DNA of 64,000 nucleotides, taken from NCBI GenBank assembly GCA_951406725.2, contig OX597816.1, positions 83,204,001 to 83,268,000 of the forward strand, read 5' to 3'. The notes beneath the pieces are model-generated. The model was not told the DNA's origin, made no database searches, and saw only the letters and a list, made by a program, of their open reading frames with translations. The stretch comes from Octopus vulgaris. Its lineage: Eukaryota. A program made the position numbers and the translations under genes. Position 1 is the stretch's first letter. Each line of letters starts with the position of its first letter. Below are positions 1 through 12,341 of this stretch, in pieces.

Positions 1-414
1 TCAAGACCAAATGCTCAGGAAAATTGATGAAAGCAGTCAAGTTTCATTAGGACAATGCTCCAGCACACAAGTCCTTGCTTTCAACGGCAACGGCTACTGT
101 TAATAACTGGCTTTAAACTGATTGATCACCCTCTCTATTCTACTGATTTCGCCCCATGTGACTATCATCGGTTCCCCAACATGAAAAAACACTTGGATGG
201 GACCAGTATTGCGGTGATGATGACGTAATATTTTGCTGTTGATGACTTTTGGGATAAGACAATGAAAGCTTCTTCAACAATGGGATCCAAGCACTTCAAC
301 ACGATGGAAGAAGTGTATGAACCGCAATGGGGACTATGCTGAAAAATAATACTCATTTGTTCACATTCTGCGAGAGTATCTTGGTTAGCCTGTGAACTTA
401 TCGGCCGACCCTCG
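1..414 (+). mobile_element. Mariner transposon 3' relic (transposase pseudogene plus right TIR)
   Basis: Frameshifted translation gives FH*DNAPAHKS and IDHPLYSTDFAPCDYHRFPNMKKHL, matching mariner HDNA and YSPDLAPxD motifs. Ends ...CGACCCTCG followed by TA. Confidence 0.85.
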
Positions 415-503
415 TATATAAATATCTCTCTCAAAATCGAGATATACGCTCACTGACACAAACGCTCAGATATTTAGTTACGTTTAAATATGAAGAGTTG
501 TGC

Positions 504-505
<2 letters not shown>

Positions 506-534
<29 letters not shown>

Positions 535-721
535 TGTATGTATGTATGTATGTATGTATGTATGTATGTATGTATGTATGTACGTATGTATGTATGCATA
601 TATGTATGTATGCATGTATATGTGAATGTATGTATATCTGTATGTATGTATGGCCGTATGTATGCATGTATGCATATATGCACGTATATCTCTCTCTCTG
701 TATATATATATATATACATGC

Positions 722-812
<91 letters not shown>

Positions 813-855
813 TGTATAAATGCACACACACACTCACACACACACATGTATATAT
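506..855. repeat. Compound (TATG)n/(TA)n/(CA)n microsatellite, representative of dozens across the window
   Basis: Direct reading; source of the YIYI/MYVC/HTHT ORFs. Confidence 0.98.
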
Positions 856-1300
856 AACTGAGTTTGTGTCATATGTATAATTATATGAGCGTCAATCTAC
901 ACATATAAATACGTAATGTGTATCTGTCTGTCTGTCTGTCTTACTCTCACTCTGTGTGAGTGTGTACGCGCACATACACGCTCACAAATAAAAGATAATT
1001 GATAGGAAAATATTCTCCACTAATTGGAAACTTTACCGCTGGTCATGAATTTCAACTCTTAATAGTACGTTTGCCATTTCTGTTACAACCATCTTGAAAA
1101 ACTCTACGAATGAATTTACGCTTATATGAATGCATAACTTACTAACGTATGAATATTAACTATAGCCTCACAAGAATATTGGTACAAATAAATTCATACG
1201 CCTGTGTCTACGCGCAAGCTTAAGCATAAATGCACCGTACACTAACGCATATAAATAGAAAGATATACCTGTAGCAATATATATATATATGTGTGTGTGC

Positions 1301-1349
<49 letters not shown>

Positions 1350-1355
<6 letters not shown>

Positions 1356-1707
1356 TAGTTATCGCCATACTAATATGGCATTCTTATAAAAATAAGAATA
1401 AAGCTGTCCGCTTATTAGCTCCATGAGGCCATCGCCTTAAGTTAGCTATTTGATACACAAACTGTATCCATATAACCTTCTAACAAGGGAGGTCAGTCGC
1501 TCCACACTACTTGATCGACAGCTACAGACGCGTTTCGGGGTATTGCCCCTTGTCAATGTAGCGTAGTCAGACCAGTAGGTGTCGCTTCCGACTATCTCTG
1601 TTCGAAGGTTTTATTTACCTAGTTTCGGTGGAATACATCCACTTGTTTTCAATAATAGAAATATTAAAATTACTAGGTCTCTCTAAGACATGTACGGTGG
1701 TGGGGCG
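1350..1707 (-). mobile_element. PLE pseudo-LTR-like fragment carrying a hammerhead; same family as 7933-8170
   Basis: Starts at the edge of a (TA)n tract and contains the HHR at 1521-1562. Shares ATAGTTATCGCCA..CTAATATGGCA..GAGGCCATCGC and the TTAGAGAGAC..AG..ATTTT..TATTTCTA block with 7933-8170. Confidence 0.65.
1521..1562 (-). ncRNA. Minimal type I hammerhead ribozyme, U3-A8 core variant
   Basis: Minus strand: GCTACA-TTGACAA-GGGG CAATA CCCC-GAAA-CGCG-TC-TGTAGC. Stem I 6 bp, stem II 4 bp, palindromic stem III ACGCGT, GUC triplet. Confidence 0.8.
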
Positions 1708-1970
1708 ATAGAATGGTTGTATACTGTCAATCTAACAAGAACGTGACAGTAGGGGTACACCACCGCTGTATAGCCCTAGGAAGCATCGAACGCCTCCTGA
1801 TAGCTTTGACACATTTTTTTCCCTGTGTCCTTATATACATATATGAATATGTATATAAGGACACAGGGAAAAAATTTGTCAAAGCTATCAGGCGTTCGAT
1901 GCTTCCTAGGGCTATACAGCGGTGGTGTACCCCCTACTGTCACGTTCTTGTTAGATTGACAGTATACAAC

Positions 1971-1978
<8 letters not shown>
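1708..1978. repeat. Near-perfect ~270-bp fold-back palindrome abutting (TA)n
   Basis: ATAGAATGGTTGTATACTGTC... at 1708 is the reverse complement of ...GACAGTATACAACCATTCTAT at 1978; loop at about 1843-1846. The mirror ORFs 1713+ and 1776- confirm the symmetry. Confidence 0.95.
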
Positions 1979-2037
<59 letters not shown>

Positions 2038-2063
2038 GAGAGAAAGAGAGAGGGAGAGAGATT

Positions 2064-2284
2064 ATTGTATAGAATATAACTATAATTAGGGGCACGAAGC
2101 TACCATGCCTATATGCTGCAAAAAAAATTCCAAATACATCTAAACATTCTAAATCTTCACCTGTGTATATTGTAAAATGAAGATTTAGAGTGGCTGGACG
2201 TATTTGGCATCTATTTTCAGCATATTTTCAGCATATAGGCATAGTAGCTTCTGTGCCCTTAATTATAATTGTACTCTATACAAT
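2064..2284. repeat. Diverged fold-back inverted repeat
   Basis: TATAATTAGGGGCACGAAGCTACCATGCCTATATGCTG pairs with CAGCATATAGGCATAGTAGCTTCTGTGCCCTTAATTATA; inner TCTAAATCTTCA/TGAAGATTTAGA. Confidence 0.85.
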
Positions 2285-2500
2285 TATATAACACTATATA
2301 CGAAGATGTACTTGCATTGCAAGTGACCCGGTCTGAGATCGTGTACTGGAACGAAAACAATTGCAGTATGGAAGGTGCTTATAAGGCATTTAAAAAACAC
2401 ACAAAAAGCGTTAGATTCACTTCAACGTTTAAATTTAATTTGCCGAAATATTTTCGTCGCTTTGAGACCGCGACCTATTCACTGACAAAATTCCGTGCTG

Positions 2501-2623
2501 CACCTTCCACGCTGCACTATATAAACACCTTCCACGCTGCACTATATAAACACCTTCCACGCTGCACTATATAAACACCTTCCACGCTGCACTATATAAA
2601 CACCTTCCACATTGCACTATATA
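2501..2623. repeat. 25-bp minisatellite, about 5 copies (CACCTTCCACGCTGCACTATATAAA)
   Basis: Units start at 2501, 2526, 2551, 2576 and 2601. Confidence 0.95.
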
Positions 2624-2730
2624 CGAAATGTACCTAAAAGGTTATTTTGTTATATGCTACCTACTGATAAAATTCAGTAATTTTAATGATTTTATCGTTA
2701 AATTATGTTTATACACTCCCTCAACACATA

Positions 2731-4065
2731 TATTCTTTTATCGGTTTCAGCTCAAAGCTGTGGTCATCCTGGTGCACCGCCGTTCTGCTACACTGCTATT
2801 ATTGACAGCCAGCTTTGATATGTGGCATTTGGTGAATAATGCGGTTTGATGCCGCTGCCCTCATTTGTGCCCACCCCCTGCCAGGAGGTAGGTTCATCTG
2901 GCACTCTCGACAGGAAGTGATCCAGTTTTGTTTTGAAAACATCTACATCTACTTCGTGTAGGTCCCTTAGGCCCTTCGGGAGATTATTTAATATAAATGT
3001 AGGCCCTTAAACCACACAGACTGTTGCAGTAACTGGTCCTGAAACGCGACGGCAGGGTTGGGTTCTTTGACGCTGTGAAGTGGCGACCCGTTCTGGCATT
3101 TGTGTAGCTTTCTATGCCAAAATTTGGCACAGTTCCTTCCAGGATCTTCCAGAGGTATATTACTGCGTATCTCGCCCGCCTGTTCTTCAGAGAGTAAAGA
3201 CTTAGCTTTTTCAGCCTATCCCAGTAGCCGAGCTGTTGCAATGAGACGATATTTTTTTTTGTGCTGCTTCGCTGGATAGCTTCAAGTGTTAATTTTACAC
3301 TGTGACGTGACCATAGCTGGGAGCAGTAGTCCAAGCGGCTGAGGACGAATGTCCTCCAGAGGACCATCATGGTTTCCTTCTCTCTTGTTCGGAAGGTTCT
3401 CAGGATCCAGCCAGCCAGCCGTCTGCACTTTGTCACCATCCTGGTAATTTGCACTTGGAAAGAGGTATCATTACTCTTGTCGATACTCAGGTCACGCACT
3501 GATTTAGATTCTGGGATTGCAATCCCCAGTGGGCTAGTGTATCTTGTATGTTTTTCGTCTAATTTTGGGTGCTGGTAGCGCAGGGCTATGAATATTTCAG
3601 CATTATACTGCTTATTATTGCACTCAGCTCATCTAAAAATTGAGTCCAACTCCTGCTGCAGGCGTGCAATATCGGTAGAGTATTGTATTTTACACGAGAC
3701 TTAGGTATCGTCTCCCTAACTAGTAAGGGTGGCTATCCGGGCAGCTGAGGGACTATCTGAGAGGGCCAGTATGAAAAGCAGTTGTGCTAAGACAATGCCC
3801 GTAGAACACTCAGTATTTGTGTTTCCTTCGAGGTGGTATCTTTGGCCACCATTGCCTGACTTCTATCTTTCAGATAGTCATATAACCACTCTCCAAGTGT
3901 TCCAGGTATGCGAAGATCCCGTAGGTTATGGCATATCATACTATGATCAAATCTTTTTGCAAAGTCAAGGTATATTGCGTACACATTTGAGTTGTCGAGT
4001 AACTGCTTCAACACCCAGTCATACTGCTTTCTCTTCATAACTTACAAAGCCTTTCGGGCTTGTTT
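2731..4065 (-). mobile_element. 5'-truncated CR1/L2-group LINE (family A), RT pseudogene and 3' tail
   Basis: AIYLDFAKRFDH (RT), GDDT, GWILRTFRTRE, LSRLDYCSQLWS, RLKKLSLYSL..RR.RY, LPKGLRDLHEVDVDVFK..VPDEP, with frameshifts and stops. Confidence 0.9.
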
Positions 4066-4109
4066 CACACACACATACACACACACGCGCGCACGCACAC
4101 ACACACACG

Positions 4110-4146
<37 letters not shown>

Positions 4147-4274
4147 TTGCTTCTATTAGAGCTTGTGTAGCCTCGTCAAGGGATGCTTTTATCCAAGGAA
4201 ATATTGGTTCAATACCTAGTATTTTGGGGGAATTAAACATAATAGGTATACATATAAAAACGTAGTTTATATTC

Positions 4275-4614
4275 ATATAAAAGAAAGAAAAGAAAATGGA
4301 GATTGGGAAGTTAATAATTGTTTATTATTAGCAGCAAATTATTACAACTGTTTTAATTAATACTCAGTGAATATTAAGTAAATATCAAATTTATATGACC
4401 TGAGCATAATATCTTCAGAAGGAAAAAAATATACCCTTGGATGTTTTATATGTGTTTATGGGTTCATTAGAACAGTCTGTTACAAATTAAAAATTTACTT
4501 AATATTTACTGAGTATTAATTGAAACAGCTGTAAAGAATGTTGATTAATTTGCTATTAATAATAAGCAATTACTAACTTCCCAATCTCCATTTTTTCTTT
4601 TTCTTCTTTTATAT
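4275..4614. repeat. Fold-back PLE-type fragment with ~110-bp arms and a long-stem-II HHR relic
   Basis: AAAATGGAGATTGGGAAGTTA.TAATTG vs CAATTACTAACTTCCCAATCTCCATTTT. The right arm has GAAACAGCTGTA; the minus strand has CTGAAGA upstream of the left arm. Confidence 0.75.
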
Positions 4615-4717
4615 ATATAAATACATACACACACACACACACACACGAACGCACACACACATACAAACACATACACACGCACATATATATGTTGCCTGTG
4701 CACGTGCACGCATGTAG

Positions 4718-5025
4718 GTGTGTGCGCATGTGGATTCTTAGCTACTTGGCTTTGGGTTCAGTCCTACTGTGCGGCACTCCGGGCAGGTGCCTTCTATTAT
4801 AGCTCCGGTCAATCAAAGACTTCGAATTGGATTTGGTGGACGGAAACTGAAAGTCTGTCATATATATATATGTGTGTGTGTGTGTATATGTGTGTGAGTG
4901 CGTTTGTGTGAGTGTGTGTGCATGTTTGTGTTTGTGCTTCGTCCTAGCAGTTCGCCGAGGACTGATGAAATAAGTACAAGATTTATAAAAAAACAATTTG
5001 TCAACTTTTCGGCTAAACCCTTGAA
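4718..5025 (+). mobile_element. tRNA-derived SINE family A, degenerate
   Basis: GGTTCAGTCC B box, TGGATTTGGTGGACGGAAACTGAAAG core, internal TA/TG tract. Confidence 0.75.
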
Positions 5026-5026
5026 G

Positions 5027-5126
<100 letters not shown>

Positions 5127-5140
5127 GTTGAACTCATCTA

Positions 5141-5225
<85 letters not shown>

Positions 5226-5262
5226 TACATATATATATGTACATATACATATATACATATAT

Positions 5263-5548
5263 ATACTTTGATACTTTGATACTTTGATAGGTTTCGGCCA
5301 TTATTGGCCCAGGCCATGTCTAACTTAATAGCACCACCTGGTGAAGTCTTTCAAGTCAGAATTTGGGCACTATGGCCCACTCAAGTAGAGAGTTATTGTT
5401 TACAGAGACATATCCGGGTGTAGGGGGTTTATCCGGGATTTCTTGAAGGAATCTGTCCAAAGACTTCTTGAACCCTATAGGGTCAGTTTCTGTTTTAATG
5501 TGTTTTGGTGTAATGTTAAAGAGAGCGGGGCCAATTGAGGTGAAATAA
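5263..5548 (-). mobile_element. CR1/L2-group LINE family B, 3' end
   Basis: FTSIGPALFNITPKHIKTETDP..FKKSLDRFLQEIPDKPPTPGY; (ATCAAAGT)n tail; homologous to 28140-29015 and 38487-39165. Confidence 0.88.
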
Positions 5549-5953
5549 ATATATATATACATATATAAATACATATATGTATGCTGAACTCATCTACCAT
5601 ACCAAAAGTATATATATATGCACCCCCTCCCCACATTTATACACACACCACAGTCACAAATTCACATTTATGTCACATATATACATGTATCGATCACACG
5701 CTATCTATGAATGGGTATATCTTACTTTCTTGAAACAGGCGCATGCACTGACGTAAGCGCGCGTGTGCAAACATGTGTGCATATGTGTATGTTGTTTGTA
5801 TGTAAAGATTATTTTTTTTTAATCAAAAAAATTACTTGGTTTATAAGAGGAGGTCCCCAGATTGCGAAATATACCATAGCTTTCTGTTGTTTTCTAAAAA
5901 TTTATAGAAACTTATGAAGTGAAATCAAATAACACGTAAGCATTATATATATA

Positions 5954-6022
<69 letters not shown>

Positions 6023-6753
6023 GTATATATATGTATATGTATATCTATATATATATGTGTATACATATATATATCTATATATATATATATATATATGTAT
6101 GTATATATATATACATATAAACATATATATATATGTATATATATATGCATTTATGTATATATATATAAATATATGTATATATAAATTAAATATATATATA
6201 TTAAAAATATATATGAGTACAAATAAATATAGATATATAAATGCGCACAAATATGTATATATATATATATTGAATACACACGCACACACAGACACACACT
6301 CACTCACACACACACACACACACACACACGTATATAGGAGGAATGAAAAGGATATATACCACACCCATCATCAATCGTTAAAAAAGTAGCTAAGCAACAA
6401 AGAAGAGAAGTTTCAACTTTCCCGGAAAATAAAACAGAATTACTGCAGTCATAGCACACTCTCCAGAGATTTAACTGAAAATTAATGAAGGAATAATAAT
6501 AATAATAATAATAGTAATAATAATAATAATGATAATAATAATAATGATGATGATGATGATGATGATAATAATAATAACAATTAGAAAAGCAATAAGAATA
6601 TAGCTAATAAAAGATTACATGTAAATTCATCTGCCAATTTATTAGTATTCAAAACATAAAGTCTTTTGTTTGTTTGCAAGAGAGGATTGAAAAAATAGAT
6701 AGGAAGGGATTAAAAAAAGCGAGAGCGTTAATTTGAGACACACACACACACAC

Positions 6754-6805
<52 letters not shown>

Positions 6806-7042
6806 GTAAATGTGTGTGTCTATATGCATACATACATATATGTGTGTGTGCGTGTGTGTGTGTATGTGTATGTATATATGTGTGTATGTATATGTGTATA
6901 TATGCATATATATGCATGTATATATAGGCATATATATATATATAGTGGGTGTCAAAGGGAAAGACAGAAATACAGGCATGATGCACATAAACACAATCAC
7001 ATACTAAATATCTAATATACATATATACATATACAATTGTAT

Positions 7043-7092
<50 letters not shown>

Positions 7093-7154
7093 ATACATAT
7101 ACATATATTTCTATATATGTGCATATCAACATATCTAATCTATCTTTCTATCTA

Positions 7155-7221
<67 letters not shown>

Positions 7222-7292
7222 CATATATATGTATGTATATATACGTGTGTACTGCACGTATGTTCGTACATGTGTCTATCATATACGTGATG

Positions 7293-7332
<40 letters not shown>

Positions 7333-7606
7333 GCATGCCAGGTACGTGCACGTACACATGCACACGCACACGTACTCAGATTAATATCTCATACTAGATG
7401 CACGTGTGTATGCTAAGCTATGTAATAGTTATGTTTGTAAGTATATAATTTCATCAGGTGAAAAGAAAAACTGCAGATAATGAGAAAAAGAAAATGTAGG
7501 ATACAGACAGGAAATGAGTAATACAACGACACAAAAGAAAATTATTTAGTTGAATATTAGAATGGATATATAAATGTAACAGAAATATTTTCCATTGTTA
7601 ATGGAA

Positions 7607-7930
7607 TAGGAGTGGCTGTGTGGTAAGAAGCTTGTTTCCCATCCACATGGTTCCAAGTTCAGTCCCACTGCGTGGCACCTTGGGCAAGTGTCTTCTACTA
7701 TAGCCTCGGGCCGACCAAAGCTTTTTGAGTGGATTTAGTAGAGGGAAACTGAAAGAAGCCCGTCGTTGGCGTGTTCTAGTCCCCACAACGTAGCCGTTCG
7801 GTAAAAGAGACTGATAAAATAAGTACTAGGCTTACAAAGAATAAGTTCTGGGGCGAATTTTCCACTAAAGGCGGTGCTCCAGCATGGCCGCAATCAAATG
7901 ACTGAAACAAGTAAAAGAATAAAAGAATAT
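7607..7930 (+). mobile_element. tRNA-derived SINE family A
   Basis: GGAGTGGCTGTGTGG A box, AGTTCAGTCCC B box, 3' GGCGGTGCTCCAGCATGGCCGCA..TGACTGAAACAAGTAAAAGAAT. Confidence 0.9.
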
Positions 7931-7932
7931 AT

Positions 7933-8170
7933 ATATTTATAGTTATCGCCAAGCTAATATGGCAGTCCACAAATATAGAACGAATGCTGCCGTTGATTAA
8001 CTCCAAGAGGCCATCGCTCCAAGAGGCAATGGCCTCTTCGAGCTAATCAACGACAGCATTCGTCGTATATTTGTGGACTGCCATATTAGCTTGGCGATAA
8101 CTATTAATATCCAGTACCGCTGCCGTAGTCTCCATTAGAGAGACTTAGAAATTTTTATATTTCTATAGAA
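7933..8170. mobile_element. Fold-back PLE-type fragment (palindrome 7933-8110), same family as 1350-1707
   Basis: TAGTTATCGCCAAGCTAATATGGCAGTCCACAAATATA is mirrored by TATATTTGTGGACTGCCATATTAGCTTGGCGATAACTA; TA-rich flanks on both sides. Confidence 0.8.
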
Positions 8171-8194
8171 TATATATATATATATATATATATA

Positions 8195-8231
<37 letters not shown>

Positions 8232-9062
8232 TTGTGTGTGTGTATTTTATCTTTTGCTTCAATCGTTGGGCTGCAGCAGATGTATAATCATTGAACAACA
8301 AACAGAAAAATCTCAGTAATTTAGAGTTCAATTAATAATAGGTTGTTAAACTCCTATGCTATAATATTGCAGTAAACCCACATGGAAAAAGCTTGCGTGT
8401 ATATACATATATAACATATCATCGTGTGAAATGATCCTGAAGAGCAGCATATATTTAAAATAAAAGACGGAAGAGCATAAATTTCTCACATAGTTCATAT
8501 TTTAAATAATTTCAACAGCTGTTTCATTAGGAATTACCTCAATTAATTATATAAGTATGTAATTAATTACATAATTAGCATAGATTTATTTGGATTAATT
8601 TATGTTAATTATATATCTTAATTTACGTTATTATGGAATTAATTGTGGTAATTTCTAGTGAAAGATTTTTAAACTAATGAAGCATGTAATTAATGAAACA
8701 TTTGCAAATCAAATTAATTTAGTTCGATGTCTATCACAGATTATGAAGAATATCACGGGCTACATATGCTAATCATTGGTGCTTGCTAGTTTAAAGGCAT
8801 GCACAGACACGCACGAACGCGCGCACACACATGCATGTATGTTTGTGTGTATATATAAGTATATGCATGCCTACATATTAACTGCGATGAACAGAATATG
8901 TAGTCGTCTTTATCCACATGAATAATTATTGAGAAGTATGAAAAATTAAATGTTTTTAGTTTCTTTCTGACTGCCACCGTTACTAATTCCATACGTTTGT
9001 TAAAAATTTTAGTCTTCCCTTTTTTTTGCATCATTTGCTTATGTGTCTATCTGAGAATTGGA

Positions 9063-9132
<70 letters not shown>

Positions 9133-9144
9133 GTCTAGATATAC

Positions 9145-9190
<46 letters not shown>

Positions 9191-9228
9191 ATGTATATAT
9201 ATATATATATATATATAGACAGATAGAT

Positions 9229-9315
<87 letters not shown>

Positions 9316-9339
9316 TGTGTGTGTGTGTACATATATATA

Positions 9340-9662
9340 TATTGACATTAAGATGGTACTTCGTCGGTTAAGACGACGAATGCAACAGTTAATACAATCA
9401 ACGAAACAGCCTGTTATTGAAAGTAACTTGGAAGTGGTTGAGCACTCCACAGACATACGTACACTTAGTAGTTCTCAGGGAAATTCAGCGTGCCACTAAA
9501 TGTGACAAGGCTGTCCCTTTGAATTACAGGTGCTACTCATTTTTGCCAGCTAAGTGGACTGGGGCAACATGAAATAAAGTATCTTGCTCTAGGACATGCA
9601 CGCTGCCGGGAATCACACCTTACGATTCTGAGCCGACTAGCCTTAACACTAAGCCACCTCCA
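9340..9662 (-). mobile_element. tRNA-derived SINE family C
   Basis: Minus head GGTGGCTTAGTGTTAAGG..; body TTCATGTTGCCCCAGTCCACTTAGCTGGCAAAAATGAGTAG shared with 42803-43125 and 36110-36440. Confidence 0.8.
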
Positions 9663-9976
9663 TCACACACGCACGCATGCACGCACCCGCGCACGCACGC
9701 ACGCTCGCACGGACGCACGCTCGCACGCACGCACGCACGCTCGCACGCACGCACGCACGCACGCTCGCACGCACGCACGCTCGCACGGACGAACACACGC
9801 AGACACACACACACGCACAAACACACTAAAACACACACATATGTATACATACATACATACATATATATGTGTGCGTGTGTGTGTCTAGCCTATTTCGTCA
9901 TGTTAAACCGTTAATCCTTACACATTTCTTTTTATCCCCGTTTTTTTTTATTCGCCATCCTTTTCTCCTCATAATC

Positions 9977-10012
9977 CTTTCTGTCGAAGAGCGTAGGCTC
10001 GAAATGTAAAAG
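9977..10012 (+). ncRNA. Hammerhead-like motif, decayed (A6U)
   Basis: CTTT-CTGTCGA-A-GAGC GTAG GCTC-GAAA-TG-TA-AAAG; a homologous, more decayed copy lies at 43280-43315. Confidence 0.55.
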
Positions 10013-10881
10013 ATTTTCCATTCTTCCCGAGCATTAGACTGATACACCTGCTTGTTATATATGTATGTATGTATATCTATATATATATATATATATATAT
10101 ATACACGGCGAGAGAGACAGAGAGAAAGAGACGACACACAGATATATAAGTACATAGATAAATAGATACGAACACACACACACATGTATACATACATACA
10201 CAGATATATATGCATATATATGTATGAATGCGCACGCGTATTTTCATTGTGTAAAAGCAAAATTCATTTCTAATTCCCAGGTGAGAAACAAGTGTTTGGA
10301 AGACGTAAGATATTTGTTTAGGCGGAATCGTTCCCCTTGAGGTGGATTAATTTTTCAAAGATTGTCTTCTATTTCTTCATTCTATTATAGCATTTTCTTT
10401 TATATCCTTCTTGGCATGTCTATAAATCATTGTAGGTATGTGTGTATGTATATACATATGTCATATATGTATATAAATATACATACATGCATTCATATAT
10501 GCCCATACACAAACACTGGCACGTTCATTGGCTTTGATATGTGTGTTAATGTTAATCACTTCCGTTTCAATATATTATGGGAAATTGTCATGGCAACTCT
10601 TGTTTTATTTTTTAAAATTTTTTTTATCTAATTTTCTAATCCAGATTAGAAATTGAATTGCCAATATATTACTTCCGTTCTACGTATGCCTATGCAAGTA
10701 TATACATACGTACGTACGTACATACATACATACATGCATACATACTTATATATATACATACACACATACATATTCTCTATGTATGTATATATCTATATTT
10801 ATATCAATCTATGCATGTATGTATGCATGTATCTATCTATCTATCTATCTATCTCTCTCTCTCTCTCTCTCCCTCTCTCTT

Positions 10882-10915
<34 letters not shown>

Positions 10916-10996
10916 CACACATATATATAGATAGATAGATCGATATATATAGATATGTATGTATGCATGCAAGTATGCATGTGTATGCATAAATAT

Positions 10997-11115
<119 letters not shown>

Positions 11116-11322
11116 ATATAAGCGTGTATATTTGTCTATGAGAGAGCGTGCATCACTGTCAGTATGTTTATAAGTATGTGCGTGTGTTTATATATGTGTG
11201 TGCGTGTATGTGTGAGTTTGTGTATGTACCCAAACGGTGTTAACAAGAAATTTTAGTCGTAAGCTTGAATTTTCGATAATTTCTTCTTATTGGATGCCTT
11301 AATTTTGCAAAACAAATCATAT

Positions 11323-11441
11323 TCATTTTCGTGGAAATGGCTGAGAGACAGAGTACGAATAATGGCTGTATAGTTGTTGTGCTTGCAGAGTCGTTGGTGA
11401 CGGAACCAACGGCGATGCAAACGGTGGTGGCGGCAGCTGTG
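11323..11441 (-). CDS. Possible terminal coding exon (AQLPPPPFASPLVPSPTTLQAQQLYSHYSYSVSQPFPRK*)
   Basis: GC-richer non-repeat island with an AG acceptor (..TCGTGTACAG) and an open frame to TGA. No recognisable homology; could be decayed trinucleotide sequence. Confidence 0.2.
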
Positions 11442-11545
11442 CTGTACACGAATTACAATTCAGGAAAATTGGAAGCCATTGGAAAAATGCATGCATCACA
11501 TACATATACATACGTACATGCATACCTGCATTCATTCATTTATCC

Positions 11546-11583
<38 letters not shown>

Positions 11584-11877
11584 CATATATACTTACAGAA
11601 ACTCTCCGAAGCATGCACACACTTGCGCATACATAGATTAATATTATGAGAACCTTCGCTGGGGATATACAATGTGTTACCTACTTTTTGTTTTAACGGC
11701 AATGTAACAACAAATAATAATGTCAGTGATAAACACATACAGAAACACACACTCGCACACTTCCACAAATATGTACACTCGTTTATATATATATAGCATT
11801 AGAAAAAAACAAACCATGTGCGGGCAAAAACGAACCGATTCTTTGGTGGATTAATCAATCAAGAATCTAATACATTG

Positions 11878-11941
<64 letters not shown>

Positions 11942-12310
11942 CGCTATAATCATATATTCATATATACATATATATTCTTATATATACATACACATATATA
12001 CGCACGCACACACCACACACACATACGCACGCACATACACACACACACGCGCATGCACGTATATATACATGGAATGAATAGTGGATAAATACGTATTATA
12101 AAAACTAAAATCATAAATACGTGAAGTAAATACAGGAAAAACAGCCACAGACAAGGAATAAATTAATTTGGAGAGAATTGAATAGGGACATATGAACATT
12201 TGTGTATATATGCATACATGCATACATACATACCTAAACATACATAAATACATATATACATACATATACTCTCTCACACACACACACACACACATATATA
12301 TAGATATATG

Positions 12311-12339
<29 letters not shown>

Positions 12340-12341
<2 letters not shown>

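Noticed and set aside
2501-2623. Regular 25-bp repeats as a possible CRISPR array
   Set aside because: Head-to-tail units with no spacers, no cas genes and a eukaryotic context.
10281-10304. + strand micro-exon (CCCAG|GTGAGAAA..AGAC|GTAAGA)
   Set aside because: Only 24 bp; splice-like motifs of this quality arise by chance, and there is no supporting partner exon.
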